A stretch of DNA of 63,607 nt, counting the filler, from Octopus bimaculoides (lineage: Eukaryota): NCBI RefSeq assembly GCF_001194135.2. It is 9 parts of 9 records of this genome, joined end to end, with 100 filler letters (N's around TTAATTAATTAA, not from the genome) between each part and the next. Parts side by side here need not be neighbours in the genome. Positions count along the whole stretch, not along the records: positions 40,075 to 48,020 come from NC_068996.1; positions 48,121 to 52,041 come from NC_068999.1; positions 52,142 to 54,051 come from NC_068987.1; 6 more parts are not named here. One strand, written 5' to 3'. Below, in pieces: positions 40,719 through 54,151 of this stretch. The notes under the pieces were generated by a model. It ran no database searches. It was not told where the DNA came from and saw nothing but the letters and a program-made list of their open reading frames with translations. Both the position numbers and the translations under genes were made by a program. Position 1 is the stretch's first letter; the number at the start of each line of letters is the position of its first letter.

Positions 40719-42315
40719 NNNNNNNNNNNNNNNNNNNNNNNNNNNNNNNNNNNNNNNNNNNNNNNNNNNNNNNNNNNNNNNNNNNNNNNNNNNNNNNNNN
40801 NNNNNNNNNNNNNNNNNNNNNNNNNNNNNNNNNNNNNNNNNNNNNNNNNNNNNNNNNNNNNNNNNNNNNNNNNNNNNNNNNNNNNNNNNNNNNNNNNNNN
40901 NNNNNNNNNNNNNNNNNNNNNNNNNNNNNNNNNNNNNNNNNNNNNNNNNNNNNNNNNNNNNNNNNNNNNNNNNNNNNNNNNNNNNNNNNNNNNNNNNNNN
41001 NNNNNNNNNNNNNNNNNNNNNNNNNNNNNNNNNNNNNNNNNNNNNNNNNNNNNNNNNNNNNNNNNNNNNNNNNNNNNNNNNNNNNNNNNNNNNNNNNNNN
41101 NNNNNNNNNNNNNNNNNNNNNNNNNNNNNNNNNNNNNNNNNNNNNNNNNNNNNNNNNNNNNNNNNNNNNNNNNNNTATATATATAATGGAGAAATTATAC
41201 AAAATGTATAAATATATGATGAGTAAAGCACCGGCACAGCATCGATTACCTGTTGTCATCCGTAGATTTATTGCAGGAACTTCGTAGTGGTGGTTAGGGT
41301 AAGATTAATTAATATATATATGCACGCTGAATATTACAACTTACCACTAGCTAGGGTGGGATATAAAGATAGAATAGCGACCTTTGTGGTTATCATCACA
41401 GTATGTCGAAATCTTTAAAAAAAATGTTAATGTATAATATGGATGTAATTTTTGATGTTGAATCCGGATTTGTTATTCATTTATTCTAGAAAAAAATTTG
41501 CTAAAATATTACGGGTGTTCAAAGTTTGATAATTTTCAGAATTTTCAGCCAATCAGAAAATAGCGCGTTCCATCATCCGTCACAGTAGCGAGAGGCGGGT
41601 GCACCGGCATGTCAAAGCATTAAACTACCTACAGTAAACAGTGAAAAACATTAAAACTTCGCGAGCAAATTAAATATTTAAAAGCTCCGAGCAAACCAAC
41701 AGGAGTTTCTACAAATAGCAGTCAAAACCTTGCTTAAAACAGACATTTATTTGTTTAAAAATTTCAAGAACCCATGTTTGCAATACATTCTAAGATTTTA
41801 TAAAATAAATTGTCTTTCTCATATCTCATTCTCCACAAAGATAAGAGTCAACCATGGAACGGTGTTTCCCACACCCGAGTTTGTTCCCACGCTTTAAAGA
41901 TACCCCCATTGATTACACTCAATTTGGTGGTTACACTCCTTGTGCGCATGCGTAGCATCTTTGGTTTCTTTGGAAACAGTTCTTTGCTATCAGCTATGTA
42001 TCACGTGGTGCTTCTTTGCTTACTATGCTAACAGAACTTCACGGTGATGTGTAAAATACTCGCTTCTGATTGGATAAAATAACCAAATTTTGCAAATTTT
42101 AAAGGTTAATAACTTTTTGATTATGAATTTATAAGGAAAAATTTATTTCATTTTCATAATTAGTATACAAAACTTAATCTATATACCAACTTTGAAAACA
42201 ACTGGAGCAAAATTGCAGACAGTGATGATAACTATAATGTATACAATAATATATACACAGAATAAGACAGAGAAGGCACGATACCTAGAAGGCATTATCA
42301 AGAACAGAAATGCTC

Positions 42316-42375
<60 letters not shown>

Positions 42376-42890
42376 AATTTGTTTACGGGAAACGTTTTGA
42401 ATATGCAAATGAAGCCCCTATTTCATTATGCCGGCCACAGTCTAAAGACGCTGACTGGTGAACCAGATTTTCTTTTTTGGTGGGTGGGTTGCATCGAGCT
42501 GTACCGATAAAATGTAGGATAAATATTAATAATAATAACAATAATTCTTGGATGGAATTTGTAAACATTTTAAAGTATCGTTGCAGTCGTTTAAACAAAT
42601 CACATGTCTCTTAAGATCACAGTCCGTATTCCTGGGATGATTACAGTGTAGAACGTAGTAGGTATCGGGTAGATCATGTTTATAGATTCATTTCTCAGGC
42701 GATATAACATTAATGGATGTTTAATTGAAGGTTGTTTATCCCTTTTGTCCAGTGAGAAAGTTGATTGAATTATGTGGTTATTTCTGTGTGTATTTGGTGG
42801 AGAGGAAGGGGTGAGGGAAAGAGAGGAAGGAATGGTAGTTATATGGGGATGGAGGTGTGTGTAGTCATGTTGGACTTATTTTGATATAGT

Positions 42891-43252
42891 GGAGACACAA
42901 TGTCAGGTAAGCGGATTCGCGGTCATAGGATCGCGGTTTCGATTCCCAGACCAGGCGCTGAGAGTGTTTATTGAGCGAAAACACTTAAAGCACCGCGAGG
43001 CTCCGGCAGGGGATGGTGGCGAACCCTGCTGTACTCTTTCACCACAACTTTCTCTCACACTTCCTTCCTGTTTCTGTTGTACCTGTATTTCAAAGGGCCA
43101 GCCTTGTCACACTCTGTGTTACGCTGAATCTCCCCGAGAACTACGTACACGTGTCTGTGGAGTGATCAACCATTTGCACGTTAATTTCATGAGTAGGTTG
43201 TTCCGTTAATTGGATCATCTGGAACCCTCGTCGTCGTAACCGACGGAGTGCC
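42891..43252 (+). mobile_element. tRNA-headed SINE family B, copy 1
   Basis: B-box-like ggtttcgattccc, then body gtttattgagcgaaaacac...ggaaccctcgtcgtcgtaaccgacggagtgcc. Colinear with 48948-49326. Confidence 0.85.
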
Positions 43253-44729
43253 GTAGTAAAATTTTGCTATTCAGTCTGCAGACGTCAAGGATGGATTGTA
43301 AATTCCTTTGTTCGATCTCATTTAAGGAATAACCATATTCAATGGAGTCTGAAGCAAACAGGATCAGCGGGTGCAGCCACTACAGCCATCAGCTGTTGGA
43401 GTTCATTGTTGGAATTGATAAATAATACTTTCTTAGGGTAGCCTTTTAAATATTTCTGGTGTTACAGTGGTATACTGTATAGCATCCCAAATATTGGTCG
43501 GTTTGTTTATTCGTTTGTGTTCCTTCCTTGTTCTACGTATTTAAAACGTAAATGGATGTTGATGTTTGACGACAGATGGCTCCAATTGGAATGTTTTTGA
43601 TGTTGATTAAACGACGATACAACGACCACAATAATAACAAAAATTGCATAAACGCACCATGTTTATTGCAACATAATATTTGGAGTTAAGGAATTTCCTT
43701 GTATATATCATTTTAAACTAATCATTATAAATGACTTTTGGACACGTAAATACATACATACATACATACATACATACATACATACATACATACATGCATA
43801 TATATATATATANNNNNNNNNNNNNNNNNNNNNNNNNNNNNNNNNNNNNNNNNNNNNNNNNNNNNNNNNNNNNNNNNNNNNNNNNNNNNNNNNNNNNNNN
43901 NNNNNNNNNNNNNNNNNNNNNNNNNNNNNNNNNNNNNNNNNNNNNNNNNNNNNNNNNNNNNNNNNNNNNNNNNNNNNNNNNNNNNNNNNNNNNNNNNNNN
44001 NNNNNNNNNNNNNNNNNNNNNNNNNNNNNNNNNNNNNNNNNNNNNNNNNNNNNNNNNNNNNNNNNNNNNNNNNNNNNNNNNNNNNNNNNNNNNNNNNNNN
44101 NNNNNNNNNNNNNNNNNNNNNNNNNNNNNNNNNNNNNNNNNNNNNNNNNNNNNNNNNNNNNNNNNNNNNNNNNNNNNNNNNNNNNNNNNNNNNNNNNNNN
44201 NNNNNNNNNNNNNNNNNNNNNNNNNNNNNNNNNNNNNNNNNNNNNNNNNNNNNNNNNNNNNNNNNNNTATATATATACGCGTGTGTGTGTATATCGAACC
44301 GTACGAATAAACAGCTATACATTCATTCACACATACGTGCGCACACATACATACATACATACATACATACATACATACATACATACATACATACATACAC
44401 ACAAATATACATCTAAATACGTATTATTTCGTAATGGTTTCCTCGTTTCCAATCACGGATGTTTTACTAATGTCCTTATTTGGTTATTTAATTTTAGAAC
44501 TTGTCTACTTCAAACTAATGTGCACTTTGTATTTTGCTGTAGCTTTTCTTTTATTTTATATGAGGCCAACATTGTGTAATTCTCAATTGCAATCCTTGTG
44601 TCACACTGCGTACACTTAGAAAAGTTGTTTTACAGCTTGCTTGCCAGCTGTTCATATTGCCTCAATCATACAGCAAAACAATATATATGAATAGGTGTCT
44701 ATTGCATGTAGACATTCGAAACGCGGAAT

Positions 44730-44925
44730 AGATGAAACAGGAACAACTGACGAAGGGGTATACTCTTTATGTTGCATGTCTCGTTTCTCTGTTTCTTTAT
44801 TTTTTTTTTCGTTGTTCGAAAAAAACTTCGTTTTCTATGTTTTCTTTTTTGTTTTCGTTTCTCATTGTGTTCAACGTTTTTTTTATGTCCTGTACCCATA
44901 TATGCATGTATATATACATATATGT
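44730..44925 (+). repeat. Third copy of the (TA)n-abutting repeat family of 40094-40683, carrying CTGACGA
   Basis: aacaactgacgaagggg resembles 40225-40245 on the minus strand (aacaactgatgaaggg). The ttgttcgaaa and gtcctgt.cc.cata..catata end is shared. Confidence 0.55.
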
Positions 44926-46331
44926 ATGGATATATGCATATATTTATATATTCATATATATATNNNNNNNNNNNNNNNNNNNNNNNNNNNNNNNNNNNNN
45001 NNNNNNNNNNNNNNNNNNNNNNNNNNNNNNNNNNNNNNNNNNNNNNNNNNNNNNNNNNNNNNNNNNNNNNNNNNNNNNNNNNNNNNNNNNNNNNNNNNNN
45101 NNNNNNNNNNNNNNNNNNNNNNNNNNNNNNNNNNNNNNNNNNNNNNNNNNNNNNNNNNNNNNNNNNNNNNNNNNNNNNNNNNNNNNNNNNNNNNNNNNNN
45201 NNNNNNNNNNNNNNNNNNNNNNNNNNNNNNNNNNNNNNNNNNNNNNNNNNNNNNNNNNNNNNNNNNNNNNNNNNNNNNNNNNNNNNNNNNNNNNNNNNNN
45301 NNNNNNNNNNNNNNNNNNNNNNNNNNNNNNNNNNNNNNNNNNNNNNNNNNNNNNNNNNNNNNNNNNNNNNNNNNNNNNNNNNNNNNNNNNNNNNNNNNNN
45401 NNNNNNNNNNNNNNNNNNNNNNNNNNNNNNNNNNNNNNNNNNNNNNNNNNNNNNNNNNNNNNNNNNNNNNNNNNNNNNNNNNNNNNNNNNNNNNNNNNNN
45501 NNNNNNNNNNNNNNNNNNNNNNNNNNNNNNNNNNNNNNNNNNNNNNNNNNNNNNNNNNNNNNNNNNNNNNNNNNNNNNNNNNNNNNNNNNNNNNNNNNNN
45601 NNNNNNNNNNNNNNNNNNNNNNNNNNNNNNNNNNNNNNNNNNNNNNNNNNNNNNNNNNNNNNNNNNNNNNNNNNNNNNNNNNNNNNNNNNNNNNNNNNNN
45701 NNNNNNNNNNNNNNNNNNNNNNNNNNNNNNNNNNNNNNNNNNNNNNNNNNNNNNNNNNNNNNNNNNNNNNNNNNNNNNNNNNNNNNNNNNNNNNNNNNNN
45801 NNNNNNNNNNNNNNNNNNNNNNNNNNNNNNNNNNNNNNNNNNTATATATATATATATATATATCCAATAAAGTTAGGGGTTGTGAATCCAACCCACTAAG
45901 GGATAATATCTATCCAATACACTGCTGGAAGAATAGCCAATTATTATTACACTAGTGTTTTTTCATTGCATGGCAATTACATCACCGAGTGCAATAAATG
46001 GGTGCGAGTAAAAAGATATTTTACCATTAATTTATATAGCAATAAGAAAATGGAGGGGAATAGGTGGTATTCATTAACTTGCAGACATTGTATTGTGTCA
46101 ATTTACTTGTTTATTTGTTTATACACTAAATATATATATACATTATATACACTAAATTCGCATGGAGACATCATACATTATGTACACTACATTTGCATGC
46201 CCCAGCATGCCAAAGCAAGAGTAAAATTACACACAAAGTATCTTAGCTGAAATCAAATAGACACTAATCATGGAAAAGATGAACATAACATCAAAATCTC
46301 ATAAAACGAAATGCAAAATGTCCTTACCGTA

Positions 46332-46492
46332 GGTGCAGGCGTGGCCGTGTGGTAAGAAACTTGCTTCCAATTACATGGTTCTGGGTTCAGTCCAACAGCA
46401 TTGTACGTTGGGCAAGTGTCTTCGACTATAGCCTAGGGCCGACCAAAGCCTTGTGATTGAATTTAGTGGACGGAAATTGAAACCTGTCGCGC

Positions 46493-46531
<39 letters not shown>

Positions 46532-46727
46532 TTTGTGCTTGTTTCCCACCATCGCTTGACAACAGATGGTGGTGTGTTTACATCCCCATAACTTAACGGT
46601 TCGGCAAAAGAGACCGATAGAATAAGTACCAGTACTTTTACGAAAAAATAAGTACTGGGGGTCGATTCATTCGATTAAAATTCGCCCCAGCATGGCCACA
46701 GTCGAATAACTGAAACAAGTAAAAGAT
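46332..46727 (+). mobile_element. Full-length composite CORE-type SINE with (GT)n spacer
   Basis: Head ggtgcaggcgtggccgtgtggtaag, cgttgggcaagtgtc, (GT)n, 3' module ending aaacaagtaaaagata. Confidence 0.9.
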
Positions 46728-48947
46728 AAGAAATATACCAATCCACAAATCAACACCAATTATATAACTACAAAAAGGAAGCACTAAAATTTTAAGATGT
46801 GATTATCAACCGACCATAAGCAAAGAATGTGATTTATAGATTCGATTATAGAAGTGAACGTTGTTAACTCCATGTCTTCGACTCTTATACTGGCCTTATA
46901 ACTAACAACAACTGATTCTCTTATAGGATTACCATGCACTTACAATAATGAGCAATTGCAACACACTCTGCCACACAACACCAAACAAAACGAGATATGA
47001 AGTCATTAGTAGACAATGCATAAGGTAAAGAACTCCCGACAAAGATAAATGATTAATGACGGAAGTATTATTCCTATCACATTATTATGACAAAATAAAC
47101 ACAGAGACAACAGACATACTTCATAGACAGACTAAAAATGCGATTGACGCATAAACCTACCATCAAAAAAACTAGTTATACATGTCCACAACACTTCACA
47201 AATTGAAGAGAATATTGTGAAAGTGTAGAAACGTTGAGAATGGATCTAGGAACCTTATTGTTCCAAATGAAGTGTCACAGCCTCGTAAGAAAATACAGGA
47301 GAAAAAAAAGCAAGAATGTAATAGTGTTTTCAATAAAACGTGTTTTCAATGAAATGAACGAACAAACACACACATAGAAACAAACAACAATTACACAGTA
47401 GTAAAGTCTTTGTAACCATTGTCTTTAATAACCATGAATAATTTATGAAATGAAGGCTTGTAACTATCACATCCACCACCTCTCGTGTGATATCGTATTC
47501 AAATAATTGCTGTACTTTTTGTAAATGCAAATGTTCAGGTAGTGAAAAGACATGGAGACTCTTACAAGTATTAATGTGGTCATTCTCGCCTTCAAACGTA
47601 GCTTATGTAATATTGTGTACTATCAACTTTGAATTATTGACTAAACTTTGTAAGAGTACATTGTGAGAAGAAAATCAAAAGAAAACATTCACCAAACTGT
47701 AAAATAGTCCGCCAAGAGCCTTCTCCAGAATTTCATCCAGCATAGGAAAAGGAATCATTGGATCTTTTTTAAAACGGGGGCCACATTTTTCATTAATGTT
47801 TTACGTAGTGTTTTTGGTACCGAAAGACTTTCAAACTTCGTATACTTATCTATTTTGTGTTATAGAACAGTAAAAATATTTTTGTATTCGAATTTATTTC
47901 ATGTAAAAAATTGTCTTATTTCGATAATTTCAACCAATCACTGACAAGTATTCAGTTGTTTACATTTACTCCTTTGGCTGATTAAGCGGTGTAAAGCGTA
48001 TTTAATTTCCATAGCTTCGTNNNNNNNNNNNNNNNNNNNNNNNNNNNNNNNNNNNNNNNNNNNNTTAATTAATTAANNNNNNNNNNNNNNNNNNNNNNNN
48101 NNNNNNNNNNNNNNNNNNNNTTATTCATTTCTTTATTTATTTTATCAAATTTTTCGCATCAACCCAATCTGTATAATTATTCGCTCGAACTCACTCTGTA
48201 TCACAAATTCATATGCAAATCAAAAGAAAATGGAGGCCATCTTGGTTTATAATTTACGCGCGCGTGAACGTATGTGCTTGTACATTTGTGTACGCGCATG
48301 TCTACGTGTAGCTTAGTGTGTGTCTTTGTGTATGTGTGTTTTTGTGTATGTGTGTATACATATCCATACGTGTTTGTGTGTATGTGTTCTCGTTTCGTAT
48401 TTTTTCTTTTTTTTTTAACTATCTCTTATTCATTTCATATTTATGGCTTGACGATAGCTCCATATATTTGACGTAGCTAAACCTGCCGAAGGGCACAGCT
48501 GACGTAATTTTAAATTAGCAGTAACGATACCAGCACAGGTAGTAGCTGTTGTAGTATCAGCAGCAGCAACAGTGGCNNNNNNNNNNNNNNNNNNNNNNNN
48601 NNNNNNNNNNNNNNNNNNNNNNNNNNNNNNNNNNNNNNNNNNNNNNNNNNNNNNNNNNNNNNNNNNNNNNNNNNNNNNNNNNNNNNNNNNNNNNNNGAGA
48701 AGGAGGAGGAGGAGAAGGAGGAGGAGAAGGAGGAGGAGAAGGAGGGGAGGAGGAAGAGCACCAGCCCCATCGATAGCATCAATATTTGTACTGGCCCCAT
48801 GCAGTTTCGTAGGCTTACGCACAGACGCGCGCGCCCACACATGTATGTATGTATGTATGTATGTATGTATGAATGCATGTGTGTATGTATGGATGAACAA
48901 ATGAATACGTAAATACACATTAAATACATACATATACAACTACATGT

Positions 48948-49326
48948 GAGGTGCAATGGCCCAGCGGTTAGGGGAGCGGATTCACGATCGTGGAATCGCG
49001 GTTTCGATTCCCAGACCGGGTGTTGTGAGTGTTTATTGAGCGAAAACACCTAAAGCTCCTCGAGGCTCTGGCAGGGGGTGGTAGCGAACCCTGCTGTATT
49101 CTTTCACCAAAACTTTCTCTCACTCTTTCTTCCTGTTTCTGTTGTACCTGTAATTCAAAGGGCCAGCCTTGTCAAACACTGTTTCACGCTGAATCTCCCT
49201 GAGAACTACGTTAAGGGGTACACGTGTATGTGGAGTGCTTAGCCACTTACACCTTAATTTCCCGAGCAGGCTGTTCCGTTGATCAGATCAGCTGGAGCCC
49301 TCGTCGTCGTAACCGCCGGAGTGCCA
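48948..49326 (+). mobile_element. tRNA-headed SINE family B, copy 2
   Basis: A-box-like tggcccagcggttagg and B-box-like ggtttcgattccc. Colinear with 42891-43252. Confidence 0.88.
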
Positions 49327-50159
49327 CGGCGATACAACTACATAGTTAGAAGTAGAGATATATATCTACCTATATGTAGATGTGTGTCTGTCTGCCTGTC
49401 TGCATTCGCTTTTACATCTGTGTTTGTGTAACCCCGGGCAACTCGATTTAAAAACCCAAATGATTTCTCCACAGCAGATGACTTTTTTAGAAAGGGGACA
49501 TAACCCAATATCTCTGTGTTGAATAGGTCTCAATAAAATGGGCACAAGAGTAAACACTGGACTTCATTTTATTGATTGAATTCATTGCCGTCAGAGCTTC
49601 AGCACGGTCGCAGTTCATTGGTTTAAAACTTGATAAGCACAAAAGAAAATAAAGAATATCAGCGTTTTTGCGTCGATATATTTCTTGCAATTTTTTTCGA
49701 TGATTTTTGAACTTACTTCAAGAAACCAAATCCAATTACATCGTCAATAAGAGAGTTGTTTTCTAAGAAAACAAAAATATAGATTTACTCGTTGAACTTT
49801 AGACAATCATCAATATGTAACATTGTCGTTATCGGTTGACCTTTTAACACAGCACTTGCGTATTTAGCGTTCAACTGAGAACATATATCTATATTTATAA
49901 ATATATTTGTCGGTGTTTGCAAAAAGTCAAATGTTGAGGTGGTAGAAAAGTTGTGGCGCATACTTAAAAGCCTACTTAACTCTAGTCAACAGCAACGACA
50001 TTACGTTGCCCCTACAGGATATTTTTCAATATGTGTGTAGCGGCGTATTCGTACAAGTGTTAGGATATTGGCCAAAGTGGTTTTTGTATACTTAGTTCTT
50101 GCTGTGTCCTTTCAGGTTTCAAATTCCACCAATACGGATGGTACAGGTCTATATTTAAC

Positions 50160-50800
50160 AGATGAGGAATTATGTAGATGATGAAAAGGGATGAGCCCAA
50201 CACAGTGCCTTGTGGAACACCACTACTGACGTTGGCTGGGATTGATTTTACTCCTTCGGTTACAACGTGCTGGGTTCTGACAGTCAGGAAGCACTTGATC
50301 CTTTGTAGTAACTTTGCAGAGACACCAATGTTGGATAAGTTTTTCAAAACAATCTTATCAACCCTGTCAAGGGCCTTGCTGAAATCAAGGTAGATGACAT
50401 CTGTGTTGGAGCCATGTCCCCAAACTCATAAAATTTCATCAAAGTGATGCAGGAGCTACGTTAGGCAATTCATTCCTTTACGGAACCCATGTTGGTTGGG
50501 GTTCAGCAGTCTGTTGTTTTCAAGAAAGTGGGTTATTCGTGATCTCACCACCCTCTCAAATACCTTGATAATATGAGAAGTGAGTGAGATCGGGCGGTAG
50601 TTCACTGCAAAGGCAACAGACTGGGACAGAATGTTTTCAGGAATATATCCATCATCCAGTGTGGTCGTCCATAGATCAGCAAGACGAGATGCAAATTTGT
50701 GTCGACACACCTTCAGGACACAAGCAGGGAGCCTATCAGGGCCCACTGCTGAACTGTATTTAATTTCGTTTATTGCCGCCAAAAACATCAGGGGCGCCAG
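50160..50800 (-). mobile_element. CR1/L2-group LINE reverse transcriptase fragment (disrupted)
   Basis: SAVGPD...NYRPISLTSHIIKVFERVV...NQHGFRKG...YLDFSKA.D.V...SGVPQGTVLGSSLFIIYI. Internal stop at ~50456. Confidence 0.92.
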
Positions 50801-50838
50801 AATTTATATCCGATATAGTATGTTGGGGACATATATCT

Positions 50839-50884
<46 letters not shown>

Positions 50885-52001
50885 NNNNNNNNNNNNNNNN
50901 NNNNNNNNNNNNNNNNNNNNNNNNNNNNNNNNNNNNNNNNNNNNNNNNNNNNNNNNNNNNNNNNNNNNNNNNNNNNNNNNNNNNNNNNNNNNNNNNNNNN
51001 NNNNNNNNNNNNNNNNNNNNNNNNNNNNNNNNNNNNNNNNNNNNNNNNNNNNNNNNNNNNNNNNNNNNNNNNNNNNNNNNNNNNNNNNNNNNNNNNNNNN
51101 NNNNNNNNNNNNNNNNNNNNNNNNNNNNNNNNNNNNNNNNNNNNNNNNNNNNNNNNNNNNNNNNNNNNNNNNNNNNNNNNNNNNNNNNNNNNNNNNNNNN
51201 NNNNNNNNNNNNNNNNNNNNNNNNNNNNNNNNNNNNNNNNNNNNNNNNNNNNNNNNNNNNNNNNNNNNNNNNNNNNNNNNNNNNNNNNNNNNNNNNNNNN
51301 NNNNNNNNNNNNNNNNNNNNNNNNNNNNNNNNNNNNNNNNNNNNNNNNNNNNNNNNNNNNNNNNNNNNNNNNNNNNNNNNNNNNNNNNNNNNNNNNNNNN
51401 NNNNNNNNNNNNNNNNNTATATATATATATATATATATATATGTAAGGATCTCTTATCTCGAACCATTTTAAAGACTGTATTACATATGTATATAATTTT
51501 AGTTAATTTAGCTGGTATGTCTCGCAGGTGTAGATGCCTCATAGTGTCCATTACTCTGTTTTTCATTGTGAGACTTTTAATAAAGAAATGCAAATACGAA
51601 ATAATTATTATAATAAAAATAGGTTCTAGTTTCATAGTAAAAGTGCATTGTGTTTATTGCGCAATATTAGATTACTAACATCTGCAAAATAGACATAAAT
51701 CATCAAAGAGAAATACACACTTGCACACACAACGACATACAGAGCAACACATACATATACATACGCACGCACAAACATGCACACGCACGTACACGTGCAT
51801 TATCACTTTGTGTCCTCCAGTATAAGAGCGTAGTCAAATATATAGTAATATTCTTATATACGAAAATACATGTGTATGTGTGCGTTATGTTTGTGTGTGT
51901 GTGTGTGTGTCTTTGTATGTGTATATTTGTATATCTATGGATTTAGATTGATAGATTAATAGAGAGAGAGAAGTAGATAGATAGATAGATAGATAGATAG
52001 C

Positions 52002-52041
<40 letters not shown>

Positions 52042-53159
52042 NNNNNNNNNNNNNNNNNNNNNNNNNNNNNNNNNNNNNNNNNNNNTTAATTAATTAANNN
52101 NNNNNNNNNNNNNNNNNNNNNNNNNNNNNNNNNNNNNNNNNTGTGTGTGTGTGTGTGTGTATATATTTATGGAGACGATATACCAACGTCCCTTGTAGCA
52201 GCCTTGATAATTGCTAAGAATTATCGACATGAAACCAATGGTAGTCTTGTTGCCCCTCAAGTACAGAATACCTATCTAACAATACGGTGTTGAGCATTCA
52301 TTCTCACTGTTCGATATTAAAGTATCTCAATATTGTAACATGAAATTGCATTTGAACTTGGCCGTAATTTGATCTCACACCCACAAAATTAAATTAATCT
52401 AGCGGGAAGTAAATTTCTCGCTTAAATTAATTAAAATCAGTGAATATCATATTCAGAGTGAGTCAGAGAGAGGAGGGAGGGAGGGAGGGAGAGAGAGATG
52501 GTGGTAGAGAAAGAGTTTTTGAGAGAGAAAGGAAGAAATAAGAATTCAAAATACTAAAGACTTCAATGAAGAAATGAGAGAGAATGGTAAAAACACTGAA
52601 GATTCAACTCTGCGGTGAATACATACATCGGAAAAGAAGAGATGGAGGAGATGAGCATGTACAAACCTTCTGAAATAAATGTGTACGGGCGTGTATGTGT
52701 GCTTTCAAATTGCTATTAATTCCGTGACTTATCTTTGCACTAAAACTATAACACAACACCTGAAGCTATATAAAGAAGACACCTGTTAATTATCCAATAC
52801 TTCCTATCGTATCGCTTCTTGCTTGACTGTCTTTACTCCTTCCGGGATCGATAAAATAAGTACCAATCAACTACTTGAGTCGATTTAATTCAGTATCTCC
52901 CTCTTCCAACAAAGTTTAATATCTTGTTCGTCTATTTTAGAAATATGTTACATTGCTTATAGCAATGAATTATGCCTCCCAGACCAACCACCCACCCACC
53001 GACGCACACCTGTACTAATTATTGGTTTTTGTATTACCTGTTAAATTGGGGCAAAAGTCTCTAACGAAAATGCTATATCAAGACGTTGAACTTCTAAATA
53101 TAAGCCGATCGTTATTACACCGTTTTCATCCTAATTTACCTGTTCTAAATACAAGGACG

Positions 53160-53447
53160 GGAAGGTGCAGTGCACGGCGTAGTGGTTACGGTGTTACCTT
53201 CACGATCGTAAGATCATGGTTTCGATTTCTGAACCAGGTGGTGTATTATGTCCTTGAGCAAAACACTTCATTTCAAATAACTGCAGTCCACTCAACTGTA
53301 AAGGATTAACCTTGCAATGTACTGACATCATTTTCAGAAGAGGAAGTTGTGATTCCAGTCATTTGCATGCCATGGTAACCAGGTAACTGACCCTATGGTC
53401 CTAAAGATCTGAGACAGTAGTGTTCAGGCTTTGATGATGATGATGAT
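53160..53447 (+). mobile_element. tRNA-headed SINE (third/fourth family) ending in (GAT)n
   Basis: Head ggcgtagtggttacggtg...ggtttcgattt, gtccttgagcaaaacac and cagtccactcaactg. Similar head at 62473-62560. Confidence 0.65.
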
Positions 53448-53928
53448 ATTATGGACGGCGGCGGCTAGTTTCCCCTCCTCTTTTGCTATTTATTTATTTA
53501 TTTATTTTGTATTTCCTTATAAAGATTTGTCGATATTTTCACACGTTATGAGTTGACAGAAATCGTCTTAGTCTGATTTATATCTTCTTCTTCTTCTTTT
53601 TCTTCTTCTTCTTTTACTTCTTCTTCTACTTCTTCTTTCCTTCATCAATATTCAAGTGACAGACCGAGCGTCGCGTCGCTTCAACTTCACTGACAAAATC
53701 ACTTCAGGGCGTGATCAGATTCTGTCTTTGAGTGTGTGCATGTGTGTCTGTGCACACACACACACATATGTGTGTGTGAAGGCGCATGGCTTAGTGGTCA
53801 GGGGGCGTTCGGCTCACGGTTGTTTTAGATTTCAAAGTTGTAGAATAACATTTTAAATGTCAAAACTAATTCTTTATTCGTCTGACGTTGTGGAAACTCT
53901 TGTAATTTCATTTTGTTTTTTTTTCCAG

Positions 53929-53991
53929 TGCGAAATATTGAGAGAACATCATCAGGGATCGGAGAAAGACATTCCTCCAGGTGTCGCTCAA
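53929..53991 (+). CDS. Internal exon of an unidentified host gene (63 nt; probably CEILREHHQGSEKDIPPGVAQ)
   Basis: Strong acceptor ttttgtttttttttccag and donor caa|gtaagt. Two frames are open (phase 0-0 above; the other reads RNIERTSSGIGERHSSRCRS). Confidence 0.7.
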
Positions 53992-54151
53992 GTAAGTCTT
54001 TGGAAATAATTCATTTTTTGCTCCTTTACTTCTTTTACTTGGCTCAGCTATNNNNNNNNNNNNNNNNNNNNNNNNNNNNNNNNNNNNNNNNNNNNTTAAT
54101 TAATTAANNNNNNNNNNNNNNNNNNNNNNNNNNNNNNNNNNNNNNNNNNNN

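Noticed and set aside
1273-51678. Long ORFs of 100-400 aa in the supplied track (e.g. 1273-2358, 44695-45955, 50631-51678)
   Set aside because: They consist of X from N-gaps plus YI/HT/CV/RE dipeptides from microsatellites. Not genes.
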